Shown here: piece by piece, positions 35,383 through 44,386 of the stretch
How positions within the stretch are numbered: the first letter of the stretch is position 1
Layout of the letters: each line of letters starts with the position of its first letter
IMG/VR virus record: IMGVR_UViG_3300049169_000021
Span: 1 to 64,000 of that record
DNA length: 64,000 bases
Source of the DNA: a virus
Reading direction: 5' to 3' (one strand)
Notes under the pieces: model-generated
Told to the model about the DNA's origin: nothing
The model's input: the letters and a program-made list of their open reading frames with translations, nothing else
The model's database searches: none
Position numbers and translations under genes: made by a program

Positions 35383-37503
35383 CTATTCGCCGTCCTCGGG
35401 GGCCGGTAGGTCGGCCCATCGGAGGCCCTTGGCGCCGCCGCAGCACTCCCGGATGGTGAGCTGCCGGGTGGCCACCCTGAACGGCTTCAGGGCCGTGCTG
35501 AGGGCGGTGGATGCCTCGCCGACGGCCATCTCGGTCCACGGCTTGTACAGGTCGGGCCGGTAGGCGGCGAGAGCTTCGACGAGGCGGTGGGAGTGGACGG
35601 CCTCGGTGCCGTCGGGCCAGATGGCGCGGACGTGGTCGACGACCGTCTCGACGTCGAGTTCTTCGACCTGGGCGCCGACGGACTGCCCGGACAGTGTGCC
35701 GGCGGCGGTGCGCAGGGCGAGGGCGCGCTTGGCGATGTCCTCGGCTTCGGTCTGCTTGATGAACGCGGCCCGCACGGTGATGCCTTCGCGGCCGCGGGCG
35801 AGGATGCCGGTGCCCTGCTCGTCGATGCTGATGTCGGTGGCGCGCAGGCCGCGGTCGTAGGCGCCGGTGCCGAGGACGTTGTTGTTGGCGCGCCAGTCCA
35901 TGACGGCGAGGCAGAGGCGGGTGCCGACGGAGCTGGAGACGGAGCTGGGCAGGCTCGGGGCGTCGGGGTTCTGGGTGAGGAGGATGAGGATGATGCCGTA
36001 GGCGCGGGCCTTCTTGATGAGGCGGGTGGCGAGGGCTGCGGCCTCTTCCTTGTAGTCGTCGTGGGTGAACAGCTCCTGTACCTCGTCGATGACGATGACC
36101 CGGGGGCCGAGGTTCTGCTCGGGGTACTTCTCGGCGAGGGCGCGGGTGACCTTGCGGCCGTCGGGGACCTCGGAGGCGGGCAGGGAGCGCACGAACGCGG
36201 CGCGGCGCTGGTACTCGGCGATCCCGGATCGCATTCCGGCGAGGGCGGCTTCGAGGTCTTCGTCTTCGTCGCCGGACACGTAGCGGTGGCAGATCGGTTT
36301 GACGGAGTCGAGGTCGCCGGAGCCCTTGAGTTCGTAGATCCACAGTTCGGCGGTGGGGTCGAGGGCGACGCCGAGGACGATGGCGAGCGCGCACGAGGTC
36401 TTGCCGCTGCCGGGGATGCCTCCGACGAGGAGGTTGGAGTACATGAGGGTGATCTCGACGAGGTTGCCGCGCGGGTCGAAGCCGTAGGGCAGCGGCTGGT
36501 AGACGTCGGCCTGGCCGTCCTTCATGAGGGGCCATAGCTTGCGGCCGGCCTTGGCGGGGTCGCGCTGGGCGACCCACAGGACGAGGCGGCCGGGGTGGGC
36601 GGTGCGGTCGGCCTCGGGCCACACGGTGCTGATGGGCCGTCGCATGGCCGCGGCGAGGGCGGCCCGCTTCTCCAGCACGGCGGTGGCCTCGACGCCGGGC
36701 GGGAGGTCGACTTCGGCGCGCCATCCGGGGCCGTCGCGCATGACCTCGGAGGCGAATTCGACGCCGCGGCGGCCCTTCTTGCCTTCGATGCCGATCGCGG
36801 CGAGGGCGTCGAAGACTTCGGTGGAGTCGAGGCGGCGCAGGACGTTGGTGGCGACGTAGCGGGTGATGAGGGGCTTGTCGCCCTTCTTCCCGGCCACGCC
36901 GGCCAGGGCGGCGGCGGCGACGGCCGCAGTGAGGGTCCAGCCGGGCGCCAGGAATGAGCTGACCAGGGCGGTGATACCGGTGGTCGTGGCGACGGCGAGG
37001 GAGGCGATGCGGCGGGGGCGGACGCGGCGGGAGTGCTCGCGCGAGAGGGCGAGCCAGGCATCGATGTCGGCGGAGGCGGCGGCCTTGGCCTCGACGGGCC
37101 GGGCGTCGGTGTCGGCGACCCACTTGCCCCACCGGACGATGAGGCGCCCTGTGCCGCGCGGGGCGCGCAGTAGGAGGCGGCCGAGGTAGACGGGCGCGCG
37201 GAGGGCGTGGAAGCCAGTGAGGTGGGCGTAGTAGGACGCGGCCCAGCGGACGGTGTCCTTGAAGACGGTCCAGCGGCGCAGGGCCGGGGGGACGACGGGC
37301 GGGGCGTCGGCGAGGTATGCCTGCTTCTCGGCGATCCACGTGCCGGCGGGCGGGGCCTGCTCGGGCGGGTCGACAGGACGCGGTTCGGCGTTGGCGACGA
37401 CGTCGATGATGGTCTGGGTGAGGTCTGCGTCATGGGCGTCCTCGGCGTCCTGCGGGGGCGTCCTGGGCGCGTCCTTGTGGAGCTGGACGACGTTGTTCGT
37501 CAT
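35383..37503 (-). CDS. FtsK/SpoIIIE-family TraB-like conjugative DNA translocase
   Basis: N-terminal TM pair, GGIPGSGKT Walker A, IVIDEVQ Walker B, TQ motif, C-terminal wHTH-like domain. Confidence 0.9.
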   Translation of the reverse strand: MTNNVVQLHKDAPRTPPQDAEDAHDADLTQTIIDVVANAEPRPVDPPEQAPPAGTWIAEKQAYLADAPPVVPPALRRWTVFKDTVRWAASYYAHLTGFHALRAPVYLGRLLLRAPRGTGRLIVRWGKWVADTDARPVEAKAAASADIDAWLALSREHSRRVRPRRIASLAVATTTGITALVSSFLAPGWTLTAAVAAAALAGVAGKKGDKPLITRYVATNVLRRLDSTEVFDALAAIGIEGKKGRRGVEFASEVMRDGPGWRAEVDLPPGVEATAVLEKRAALAAAMRRPISTVWPEADRTAHPGRLVLWVAQRDPAKAGRKLWPLMKDGQADVYQPLPYGFDPRGNLVEITLMYSNLLVGGIPGSGKTSCALAIVLGVALDPTAELWIYELKGSGDLDSVKPICHRYVSGDEDEDLEAALAGMRSGIAEYQRRAAFVRSLPASEVPDGRKVTRALAEKYPEQNLGPRVIVIDEVQELFTHDDYKEEAAALATRLIKKARAYGIILILLTQNPDAPSLPSSVSSSVGTRLCLAVMDWRANNNVLGTGAYDRGLRATDISIDEQGTGILARGREGITVRAAFIKQTEAEDIAKRALALRTAAGTLSGQSVGAQVEELDVETVVDHVRAIWPDGTEAVHSHRLVEALAAYRPDLYKPWTEMAVGEASTALSTALKPFRVATRQLTIRECCGGAKGLRWADLPAPEDGE

Positions 37504-37589
37504 GCTGGGGCTTCCTGCCTCTTGCTGGGGTACGGACGCCCGGGGACGGTCGGACACGCTGGCCGCATGTGGCCGTCCCCGGGGCGGTG

Positions 37590-37775
37590 CTAGTTCTTCT
37601 GCTTGCGGCGGCGGGCCGCGTTCTCGATGCGCTCGATGCGCCGCTTGAGGTCGCTGAGGTCGACGCGGCCGGTGCCGTCGTCGGCGAGGCCGCGCTTGGC
37701 CATGCGGGCGGTCAGGACGGCGATGCGGGTCTTCTCGCCGGTGGTGAAGTCCCTGAAGCTGAGGTCGTCGTCCAT
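37590..37775 (-). CDS. Small basic protein (DUF6257-like)
   Basis: FTTGEKTRIAVLTARMAKR...RIERIE. Confidence 0.7.
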   Translation of the reverse strand: MDDDLSFRDFTTGEKTRIAVLTARMAKRGLADDGTGRVDLSDLKRRIERIENAARRRKQKN

Positions 37776-37776
37776 G

Positions 37777-37944
37777 TCAGCGCTGCCCCTTCTTGCTGGC
37801 TTTGGCCTTGTGCTCGCGGCCCATCTGCTCGGCGCGGTGGGCGCTTTCGGTTTGCCAGCCGGTGGCGCCGCAGCTGCACACGTACTCGTACTTGCGGCCG
37901 CCTTGGGCGAGCCTGACGGAGATGTGGTGGCTGTTCCCGAACAC
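37777..37944 (-). CDS. Small Zn-ribbon protein resembling mobile-element transfer proteins
   Basis: YVCSCG...AEQMGREH; AGGAGG RBS. Confidence 0.65.
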   Translation of the reverse strand: MFGNSHHISVRLAQGGRKYEYVCSCGATGWQTESAHRAEQMGREHKAKASKKGQR

Positions 37945-38039
37945 GGTTCCTCCTGGGTGTGGGCCGGGCTGTCCGGCCCCACCGCACCCCCGCAACTGCC
38001 TCCCTCTGGGAGGCGGTTGGCGGAGGACGGAAGGGCAGG

Positions 38040-38369
38040 TCAGCGGCCCTTGAGGTATTCGCGCCACATCGAGCGCAGGACGAGCAGGCAGGCTGTGGCG
38101 CAGGTGCCGCCGATGGCGACTGCCACGGAAGCGAGGGCGAACGCGAGGGCGAGGACGCTGGCCGCGCCGACGCCGACGATGGCGAGGCCGCCGATCGTCA
38201 GCCACTTCTTCGTGTCGAACTGCGGCGGTGCCGCGTGATGGCAGCCCTGGTGTTGCGGCTGCTGTGCCGTCTTGGCCAGCTCGACCGCGGCGAGCGCGAC
38301 CTGTACGGCGGCCGAGTTCACCGCGGCCTCTCTCACTGCGGCCTCGGCTTTGTCGAGGGCGTCGCTCAT
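38040..38369 (-). CDS. SpdD-like membrane protein
   Basis: Long C-terminal hydrophobic stretch ending CLLVLRSMW. Confidence 0.65.
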   Translation of the reverse strand: MSDALDKAEAAVREAAVNSAAVQVALAAVELAKTAQQPQHQGCHHAAPPQFDTKKWLTIGGLAIVGVGAASVLALAFALASVAVAIGGTCATACLLVLRSMWREYLKGR

Positions 38370-38542
38370 GCCGTCCACCTCCGGACGCGGCGGACGATGG
38401 CAGGACGGGCGAGGACGCCGATGGTGAAGGCGAGGACGGCAGGCTGCCCGGCCAGGTAGGCGAGCGTCCCGGCGGTGATCGACAGCGCGGCCGGCCAGAG
38501 CAGAAGGACCCCGAGCAGGGCGCCGAGCAGGATCGCCTTCAT
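38366..38542 (-). CDS. Small membrane protein
   Basis: MKAILLGALLGVLLLWP... 58 aa, coupled both sides. Confidence 0.7.
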   Translation of the reverse strand: MKAILLGALLGVLLLWPAALSITAGTLAYLAGQPAVLAFTIGVLARPAIVRRVRRWTA

Positions 38543-39396
38543 ACGCCCACCCCCACGTGGGGCGCGTTGAGCTGCTCGGGGTGGAAGAGGTTGCGTCCTC
38601 GGGCGTCCTGAGAGTGGACGGGGATGCGTCCTACGGCGACCCAGTTGCGGACGGTGGACGGCTTGATGCCGTAGTGGGCGGCGACGTCGTTGGACGTCAT
38701 CAGCGGCGGCTCAGGACGCGGTCCGTCGTCGGCGTCCTCGCCCGTCCCGGCTTCCAGCTCCGGCGTCCCGTCGGCGTCCTGGGTGTCCTCGCGTTCGAGG
38801 GTCACGGTGGGCTGGGGGCGGGCGACGAGGGGCAGCAGCCGGGCGTCGGCGGGCACGACCTTGGGTGCTGGGCGGACGCTCGGGACGGTCGGGGACGCGG
38901 TGGCGTCCTCGGTGTCCTGCGCGTCCTGGTGTACATGCGGCGGGGTGGCTGCGAGGTGCAGGAGGTGCCCGACGACGGCCGGCGGCACGAGCGAGGTGAC
39001 CGCGATCAGTAGCGGCTGGTCGGCGACGAGGTGTCCGGTGGAGATGAGGTGGGAGACCACCTGGGCGGCCATGGCGAGGCCGAGGGCGAGGCAGGCGCCG
39101 ATGATGGCGGACCAGCGTCCTCGGTCGCCGGGGCGGCGGGTGGAGGCGACGGCGGCCGCGATGCCAGCGTAGGCGGACAGGACGACCGGCATGCCGTAGG
39201 TGAACGGGTCGTCCCATCCGGCGTTGCGGGCGAGGTGGTACTCGCCGGGCGCGCACATGAGGAGGGCGACACCGAGGACGACGGGGCGGCCGCCGGCGGT
39301 GAGGCCGCGCACCCACAGCGGCGCCGCCTGGCGGCGGCCGGGCGCGGTGGTGGGGCGGCGGAACCATCGGGCGAGGACGCTGCGGATCTTCCTCAC
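38539..39396 (-). CDS. DUF2637/Spd-like 4-TM protein with C-terminal HTH
   Basis: Four TM segments, Pro-rich linker, LMTSNDVAAHYGIKPSTVRNWV. Confidence 0.75.
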   Translation of the reverse strand: MRKIRSVLARWFRRPTTAPGRRQAAPLWVRGLTAGGRPVVLGVALLMCAPGEYHLARNAGWDDPFTYGMPVVLSAYAGIAAAVASTRRPGDRGRWSAIIGACLALGLAMAAQVVSHLISTGHLVADQPLLIAVTSLVPPAVVGHLLHLAATPPHVHQDAQDTEDATASPTVPSVRPAPKVVPADARLLPLVARPQPTVTLEREDTQDADGTPELEAGTGEDADDGPRPEPPLMTSNDVAAHYGIKPSTVRNWVAVGRIPVHSQDARGRNLFHPEQLNAPHVGVGV

Positions 39397-39995
39397 AGGT
39401 CCTCACCCCGAGCGCGGTTCTCGGCGTGGCTGAGCTGCGACGGCTTGGTGCGGGGGCCGTCGACCCAGGCGAAGGGGCGCGTGGTGGCCGCGACCTCGAA
39501 GACCTTGATGGCGGCGCCGTCCGGGGCGTCCGGCAGCGGGTACACCCGGCCGCCCTCCAGCGAGGCCAGGAGCCGGGCGCCGTGGTGCTCGCAGCCGTCT
39601 GCGCCAGCGTTCGTGGCGTCCAGTACGGTCACGACGATCGGGCCGGTGCAGGGGGTGAGGTCCTCGACGTGCGCGGCCGGGCACCGGAGTGCGGGCGGCT
39701 CGTCGGTCACCGGGTGGGCGGTCGGCTCGGCGTCGAGGGCACGCAGCAGGAGACGGAGGGCCTCGCGGAGGCTGGGCACCTGGTCGCTGTCGAGCAGCTG
39801 CTGGGCGACGCTGATGGCGACGTCGAGGTCACTCGGCTCGCGCCCCGTGGCGACGTTGTTCGGGTACCGGGTGCCGAGGGAGGCCCGAGCGACCTTGGCG
39901 GCGTTGCTGTTGTAGTCCTGCCTGGCAAGTTGGTGCAGCTCAGCAACGCGTGCGGAACTTGCGGCCCTGTACGGGCGCGCGAAATGATCGGTCAT
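39393..39995 (-). CDS. Hypothetical protein (Cys/His motif)
   Basis: CPAAHVEDLTPC...GCEHHGARLLASL; AGGAG RBS. Confidence 0.75.
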   Translation of the reverse strand: MTDHFARPYRAASSARVAELHQLARQDYNSNAAKVARASLGTRYPNNVATGREPSDLDVAISVAQQLLDSDQVPSLREALRLLLRALDAEPTAHPVTDEPPALRCPAAHVEDLTPCTGPIVVTVLDATNAGADGCEHHGARLLASLEGGRVYPLPDAPDGAAIKVFEVAATTRPFAWVDGPRTKPSQLSHAENRARGEDL

Positions 39996-40095
39996 GCCGA
40001 CTCCTGGTTTGGTCAGGGGTTCGGTGGAGGGTCGGGCGGTGCGATCGCCTCCCGGGTGTTCCAGCACCTGGGAGAGCTGCCGTCCGGCCCTCGTC

Positions 40096-40305
40096 CTATT
40101 CGGTTGTGTGCTTCTTGATCGCCCTTGCTACGGCGGTCCAGCTGAGGCCGATCTCGTGGGCTACGGCGTAGACGCTGCCGAGTTCGTTCTTCCCGTCTTT
40201 CAGGGCGAACGCTCGTCGTCTGAGGGCGGCCTCCGTCTGGGCGGCGAGCTGTTCCAGCAGCTCATCCTCCGTGCGAAGGCGTTCCCTCCAGGGGATCGCT
40301 TCCAT
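40096..40305 (-). CDS. Small HTH regulator heading the transfer operon
   Basis: SVYAVAHEIGLSWTAVARAI. Confidence 0.7.
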   Translation of the reverse strand: MEAIPWRERLRTEDELLEQLAAQTEAALRRRAFALKDGKNELGSVYAVAHEIGLSWTAVARAIKKHTTE

Positions 40306-40315
40306 CCCCACGAAC

Positions 40316-40355
40316 GTATCACACAGAGGGTTATGCACAACAGGGTGTGTGACAC
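40316..40355. promoter_or_regulatory. Palindromic operator/promoter of the transfer operon
   Basis: GTATCACACA...TGTGTGACAC in an AT-richer spacer. Confidence 0.55.
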
Positions 40356-40367
40356 TCGGTGTGTCCG

Positions 40368-40985
40368 TCATGTCGATGTCGGCTGGTAGTGGCGCAGCAG
40401 CAGCAGGTCGGTCTCCGTGCGGTACTCCGTCCCGCACCACCGGCACCGCACCGGTCCACCGGGAAGGCGGGAGAGGACGGCGCCGCACACGGTGCCCTTG
40501 TCGTCCGTCACCGCCACGCACAGGCCCAGCCGCTGCGGGCGTGGTGGCGGGTCCCCGACGATCGTCCGGGCCTGCCCCTCCAGGTCGCGCACCTCGCGGG
40601 CCAAGTCGCCGACCGCCGGGTAGCGGGCGACGATCCAGTCCAGTTCCATGCCGAGCCACCGGCAGGCGGATGCGAGTCCGGCCGGCGGGGGCGGGGTGTG
40701 CTGCGGCCAGCGGACGCGCTGCACGTCCTCCCGCCACGACTCCATGACCGTGACCATGTGGCGGCCCTGCACCAGGTCGAAGACGTCCTCGTTCAACGGG
40801 GACCGTGGCCCGGCGATCGCCGCCGTGACCAGCTCGGCAGGCCCGGTGCGGCGCGGCACCAGATGCACGGTCAGTTCCGCGTACAGCTCGGGGAGCCGGG
40901 CGAGGCGCCCGGCGAGCGCGTGGGTGTCGCGCTCGCACAGGTACGCCTCGCCGGTCTCGTCCTCGCACAGGGTGCAGGCGTTCAC
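40368..40985 (-). CDS. Multi-Zn-finger phage protein
   Basis: CTLC...LC...LGLC...CG...CRWCG. Confidence 0.75.
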   Translation of the reverse strand: MNACTLCEDETGEAYLCERDTHALAGRLARLPELYAELTVHLVPRRTGPAELVTAAIAGPRSPLNEDVFDLVQGRHMVTVMESWREDVQRVRWPQHTPPPPAGLASACRWLGMELDWIVARYPAVGDLAREVRDLEGQARTIVGDPPPRPQRLGLCVAVTDDKGTVCGAVLSRLPGGPVRCRWCGTEYRTETDLLLLRHYQPTST

Positions 40986-41248
40986 GTGGTGCTGTTCTCC
41001 TTGGCCTCGGCGAGACGTGCGCGGACGAACGCGGCCACGGGGTGCTCGGCGGTGTGGTCCCGGACTCGGGTTCGCAGGCCCTCGTCCAGTTCGTCGCACC
41101 AGGCGGTCAGGCGGGCGATGGCGCCCTCGGCCTTCTCCGCGCGGGCCTTCCATTCGTCCCCGCGGCGCCAGCCCCTGTTGGCGTTCTCGTACAGGGCGTC
41201 CAGGGCGTCGTCGGTGATCGTGTCGGCGGTGTAGCGCTCCGGGCTCAT
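40982..41248 (-). CDS. Phage hypothetical protein
   Basis: TADTITDDALDALY; coupled. Confidence 0.75.
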   Translation of the reverse strand: MSPERYTADTITDDALDALYENANRGWRRGDEWKARAEKAEGAIARLTAWCDELDEGLRTRVRDHTAEHPVAAFVRARLAEAKENSTT

Positions 41249-41592
41249 GCGGTCCTCCGCTGGCTGGTGCAGGTGCTGTCGTGGTGGAAACCACAGGACG
41301 TCCACCAGCGCTCGCAGCAGGAGTGCCCGAGCGAGTCCGCAGTTCGCCGGATGTCGCGCTGCTCGGCCTGGGCCCGAAGGCGGGCCGCGCGCTCGGCCCG
41401 TACGGCGGCCGCACGGCGTTCGTCGGCGGCCACGTACTCGCGGGCGAGGGCGACCAGCAGGAGCAGGGAGACGCCGAAGAGGCCGGCGGCGTACCAGAGG
41501 GCGCCGTTGCGGGCGCTGGTGATGCCGCAGTGGGCGGTGAGCAGGGATGCGAGCAGGTAGTGCCACCAGAGGGCACGGGCGGACGGGGTCAC
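41245..41592 (-). CDS. Membrane protein with Cys/His tail
   Basis: Two TM segments; CCERWWTSCGFHHDSTC. Confidence 0.7.
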   Translation of the reverse strand: MTPSARALWWHYLLASLLTAHCGITSARNGALWYAAGLFGVSLLLLVALAREYVAADERRAAAVRAERAARLRAQAEQRDIRRTADSLGHSCCERWWTSCGFHHDSTCTSQRRTA

Positions 41593-41756
41593 AGGTACCT
41601 CCCGGTGAGGGACACGGTGCGGATGGAGTGGCGCTGGCGGGCGGTGAGGCCCTGGCCCCACAGGTCAGCGACCCAGCGGGGGCGGGGGAGTTCGCAGCGG
41701 CAGGTGCCGGTGGCGGCTAGGAAATGGCCACGCGGGCACCTCGGACGGGGGGTCAA
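41589..41756 (-). CDS. Small Cys-rich protein
   Basis: RCPRGHFL...CRC; coupled. Confidence 0.55.
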   Translation of the reverse strand: MTPRPRCPRGHFLAATGTCRCELPRPRWVADLWGQGLTARQRHSIRTVSLTGRYL

Positions 41757-42394
41757 GACTGTGCCTCGTCGCCGGTGAGGCTGTGGCCGGGGCACCAGAT
41801 GCCGGGTCGGTCGGCCCATTCGTGGGCGTCGTGGTAGTCGTCGTGGCCGCACTGCTGGGTGCCGGTCTCGATCTGCGTCTCAGCGGCCGGTACGCGGCGG
41901 CAGGGGCAGTCGGCGCCGCATTCGGGGATGCCAGGGAGCGGGATGCGGCGTGCGGTGTCCGCGTTGAGCATTTCGGCGATCTCGTCGGCGCCGAATCCGT
42001 CGCGGGCGAAGCTGCCGACCATGGGGGCCGCCTCGTCGGCCATGCGGCGCAGCTCGTTAGCGGCGGCGTTCACGTCGTGCATGTGATCGTCCGTGAGGTC
42101 GCGCAGCCGCTCGGACTCGTCGAGTGCGTTGGCAGCCGCGAGCAGGATCACGGCGCGGGTCACGTCCCCGTCCTCGTCGGCCCAGACGATGCGGGTGGCG
42201 CCTCCGTGCCCGTGGACGTGCTCAGCGTCGGCGAGGCGGTCCCAGTGGACCGTGGACGGCCGTTCCCCTATCCAGCGCAGCGACACGGTTCCGTCGGGCC
42301 ACAGGATGCCGTTCGCGACGCGGCCGGTGCCGGACACACCGCTGATGTCGCGGTCGCGCTGGAGGTGGAACAGGCGAGGCAGTGCGTTGCTCAT
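41753..42394 (-). CDS. Phage hypothetical protein
   Basis: FHLQRDRDISGVSGTG...HGHGGATRIVW. Confidence 0.8.
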   Translation of the reverse strand: MSNALPRLFHLQRDRDISGVSGTGRVANGILWPDGTVSLRWIGERPSTVHWDRLADAEHVHGHGGATRIVWADEDGDVTRAVILLAAANALDESERLRDLTDDHMHDVNAAANELRRMADEAAPMVGSFARDGFGADEIAEMLNADTARRIPLPGIPECGADCPCRRVPAAETQIETGTQQCGHDDYHDAHEWADRPGIWCPGHSLTGDEAQS

Positions 42395-42452
42395 GGGTTC
42401 CTCCGTGGTGTGATGGGTGGAGGGCCGGGCCTGGTAGCAACAGGCCCGGCCG

Positions 42453-44063
42453 TCATGCAGCGGCGGGAAGAATCAGCTGGCCGAGCACGCGGCCCACGCG
42501 GTCCTGGTCGATGAGGTCGGCGACATCGCCCGCCGTACTGCCGCGCGGCACATGGATGCCGAGACGCCGGCACAGACCGAGCTGCTTGTCACTGGGCTGG
42601 CTGCGACGCCACCGGGCCTCGCGGGCGACGAACGCCCCCGGGGCCAGCACCTTGGCCTGCTGCTCCAGCCACGCCAGCGCCTCCGGCAGCGGCCGGGCAA
42701 CGTCGTCCTTCGGCGGGTGCACACCGTCCGCCTGCGTCCAGCGGCGCATCCGGTACAGCCGGGTCCCGGGGTCACGGACGAGGAACAGGAACATGGCGCC
42801 GGTCAAGCGGATGAACCACGTACCGTCCTCGGTGCGCAGCCACCGGATCGCGGACTCGCCGAACAGGTTGATCTCCTCGGCGGTCACCTGAGCGGCGAGC
42901 GCGCGCCGCTTCTCGCGGGCGCCGTGCTCTTCGGCGACCTGCCGCAGGCTCTTGCCCTCATCGGCCTCGCCGATCTCCCGCTCAGTGAGGTCGACCATCG
43001 AGGCGAGCTTGTGACGGCTCGCGGCGCCCATGACGTCGAGCAGCAGCGCGTCGCGCTTTCCTGGCGCCGGACGGAGGCCGCGGCCGACCATCTGCACGTA
43101 CAGACCGGGCGACTTGGTCGGGCGAGCGACCACGATGCAGCTGGTGTGCGGAGCGTCGAACCCCTCGGTGAGCACCATGCAGTTGGTGAGCACCTGCACG
43201 TCGCCCGCCACGTACCGGGCCAGGGTGGCGCGTCGCTCGTCGCGGCCCATGTCGCCCCACACCGGGGCCGCGGTGACGCCGACCGCACGCAGCGACTCGG
43301 CGGCGGCCTGCGCCGTCGCCACGGTCGGCGTGAAGACGACGCCGGCCCGGTCCGCTGCGTGGTCGACGTACGCCTTGGCGATCGCGTCCAGCGCGCCGGA
43401 GTCCTCCAACGCCTTGCCGAGCTGGCCGTCGACCAGGTCGCCGCCGCGCGTTTTCACCTTGTTGAGGTCGAGGGTGTCGACGGTGATGGCCTTGCCGCGG
43501 ACGTCGCACAGGTAGCCGTCGCTGATCATGTCGAGGATGTCGAGGCGGAAAACAACGTCTTCCCAGACCTCGGCCAGGCCGCCGTCGGTGCGGGTCATCG
43601 TCGCGGTGAAGCCAGCCGTCGGGACGCCGTCCCAGGCGCCGAAGTGCTGGAGTACCTCCATGTAGGTGCGGGCGGCGGCGTGGTGGCACTCGTCCACGAT
43701 GATCAGGCCGATGTCGCGGATGGCCTCGCGACGGCGGGCGACGGCGAGGGTCTGGACGCTGGCCACGATCACGTCGGCGTCGTGGTGGTCGTCGCGCTGA
43801 GCCTTGACGATCCCGACCCGCAGCATCGGGTCCACGGCCAGGAGCTTGGAAGCCGCCTGCTCGATCAGCTCTTCACGGTGGGCGATGACGAGAGCTCGGC
43901 GTCCGCCGAGGCTGTCGAGCATCTGGTGGGCCAGGTGCGAGAAGACGACAGTCTTACCGGCGCCAGTAGGGAGGACGACGGCCACGCGGTTCTTGCCGTC
44001 GGCCCACCCCTGACGCAGCGCCTCGATGGCGTCGAGCTGGTAGGGGCGAGGGGTGAAGGACAT
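42453..44063 (-). CDS. SF2 DEAD/DEAH-box helicase
   Basis: RPYQ, PTGAGKT, DECHH, TAT, TEGFD, QMVGRGLR. Confidence 0.95.
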   Translation of the reverse strand: MSFTPRPYQLDAIEALRQGWADGKNRVAVVLPTGAGKTVVFSHLAHQMLDSLGGRRALVIAHREELIEQAASKLLAVDPMLRVGIVKAQRDDHHDADVIVASVQTLAVARRREAIRDIGLIIVDECHHAAARTYMEVLQHFGAWDGVPTAGFTATMTRTDGGLAEVWEDVVFRLDILDMISDGYLCDVRGKAITVDTLDLNKVKTRGGDLVDGQLGKALEDSGALDAIAKAYVDHAADRAGVVFTPTVATAQAAAESLRAVGVTAAPVWGDMGRDERRATLARYVAGDVQVLTNCMVLTEGFDAPHTSCIVVARPTKSPGLYVQMVGRGLRPAPGKRDALLLDVMGAASRHKLASMVDLTEREIGEADEGKSLRQVAEEHGAREKRRALAAQVTAEEINLFGESAIRWLRTEDGTWFIRLTGAMFLFLVRDPGTRLYRMRRWTQADGVHPPKDDVARPLPEALAWLEQQAKVLAPGAFVAREARWRRSQPSDKQLGLCRRLGIHVPRGSTAGDVADLIDQDRVGRVLGQLILPAAA

Positions 44064-44089
44064 GGGGCACCTCGATTCGGTGGTGGAGG

Positions 44090-44375
44090 GGGAGTGGTAC
44101 GCGCTGCGTACCGGCTGCGTACCGGCTGCGTACCGGGGTAAAAGCGGCTCTGACCTGCTCTTATGTATCTCTCTAGAGCCAGTGGTACGCAGGTACGCAG
44201 AAACACAGAGGGGTCGATGTGTGCGCACACGCACGCACGCACACGCGCACGCGCCCACGCCTGAGGGGTGCCATTTCCGGGCGACTGCGTACCGCCCCGA
44301 AAGCGGCCGTTTACATGCCGCTGACCTGCGGCGATTCGGTCGCCGCGGTGGTACGCAGTCGGTGCGTACCACCGC
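44090..44375. other. Putative replication origin with CTGCGTACC iterons
   Basis: About nine copies on both strands, three at 11-bp period; AT-richer segment; between primase and helicase genes. Confidence 0.7.
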
Positions 44376-44386
44376 CGTTGCGGCGC

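Noticed and set aside
35383-37503. Chromosomal ftsK or type VII secretion EccC
   Set aside because: Single ATPase domain within an Spd-like operon in a phage; no cell-division or ESX neighbours
44096-44370. CRISPR array
   Set aside because: 9-11 bp repeats in both orientations without regular spacers; no cas genes
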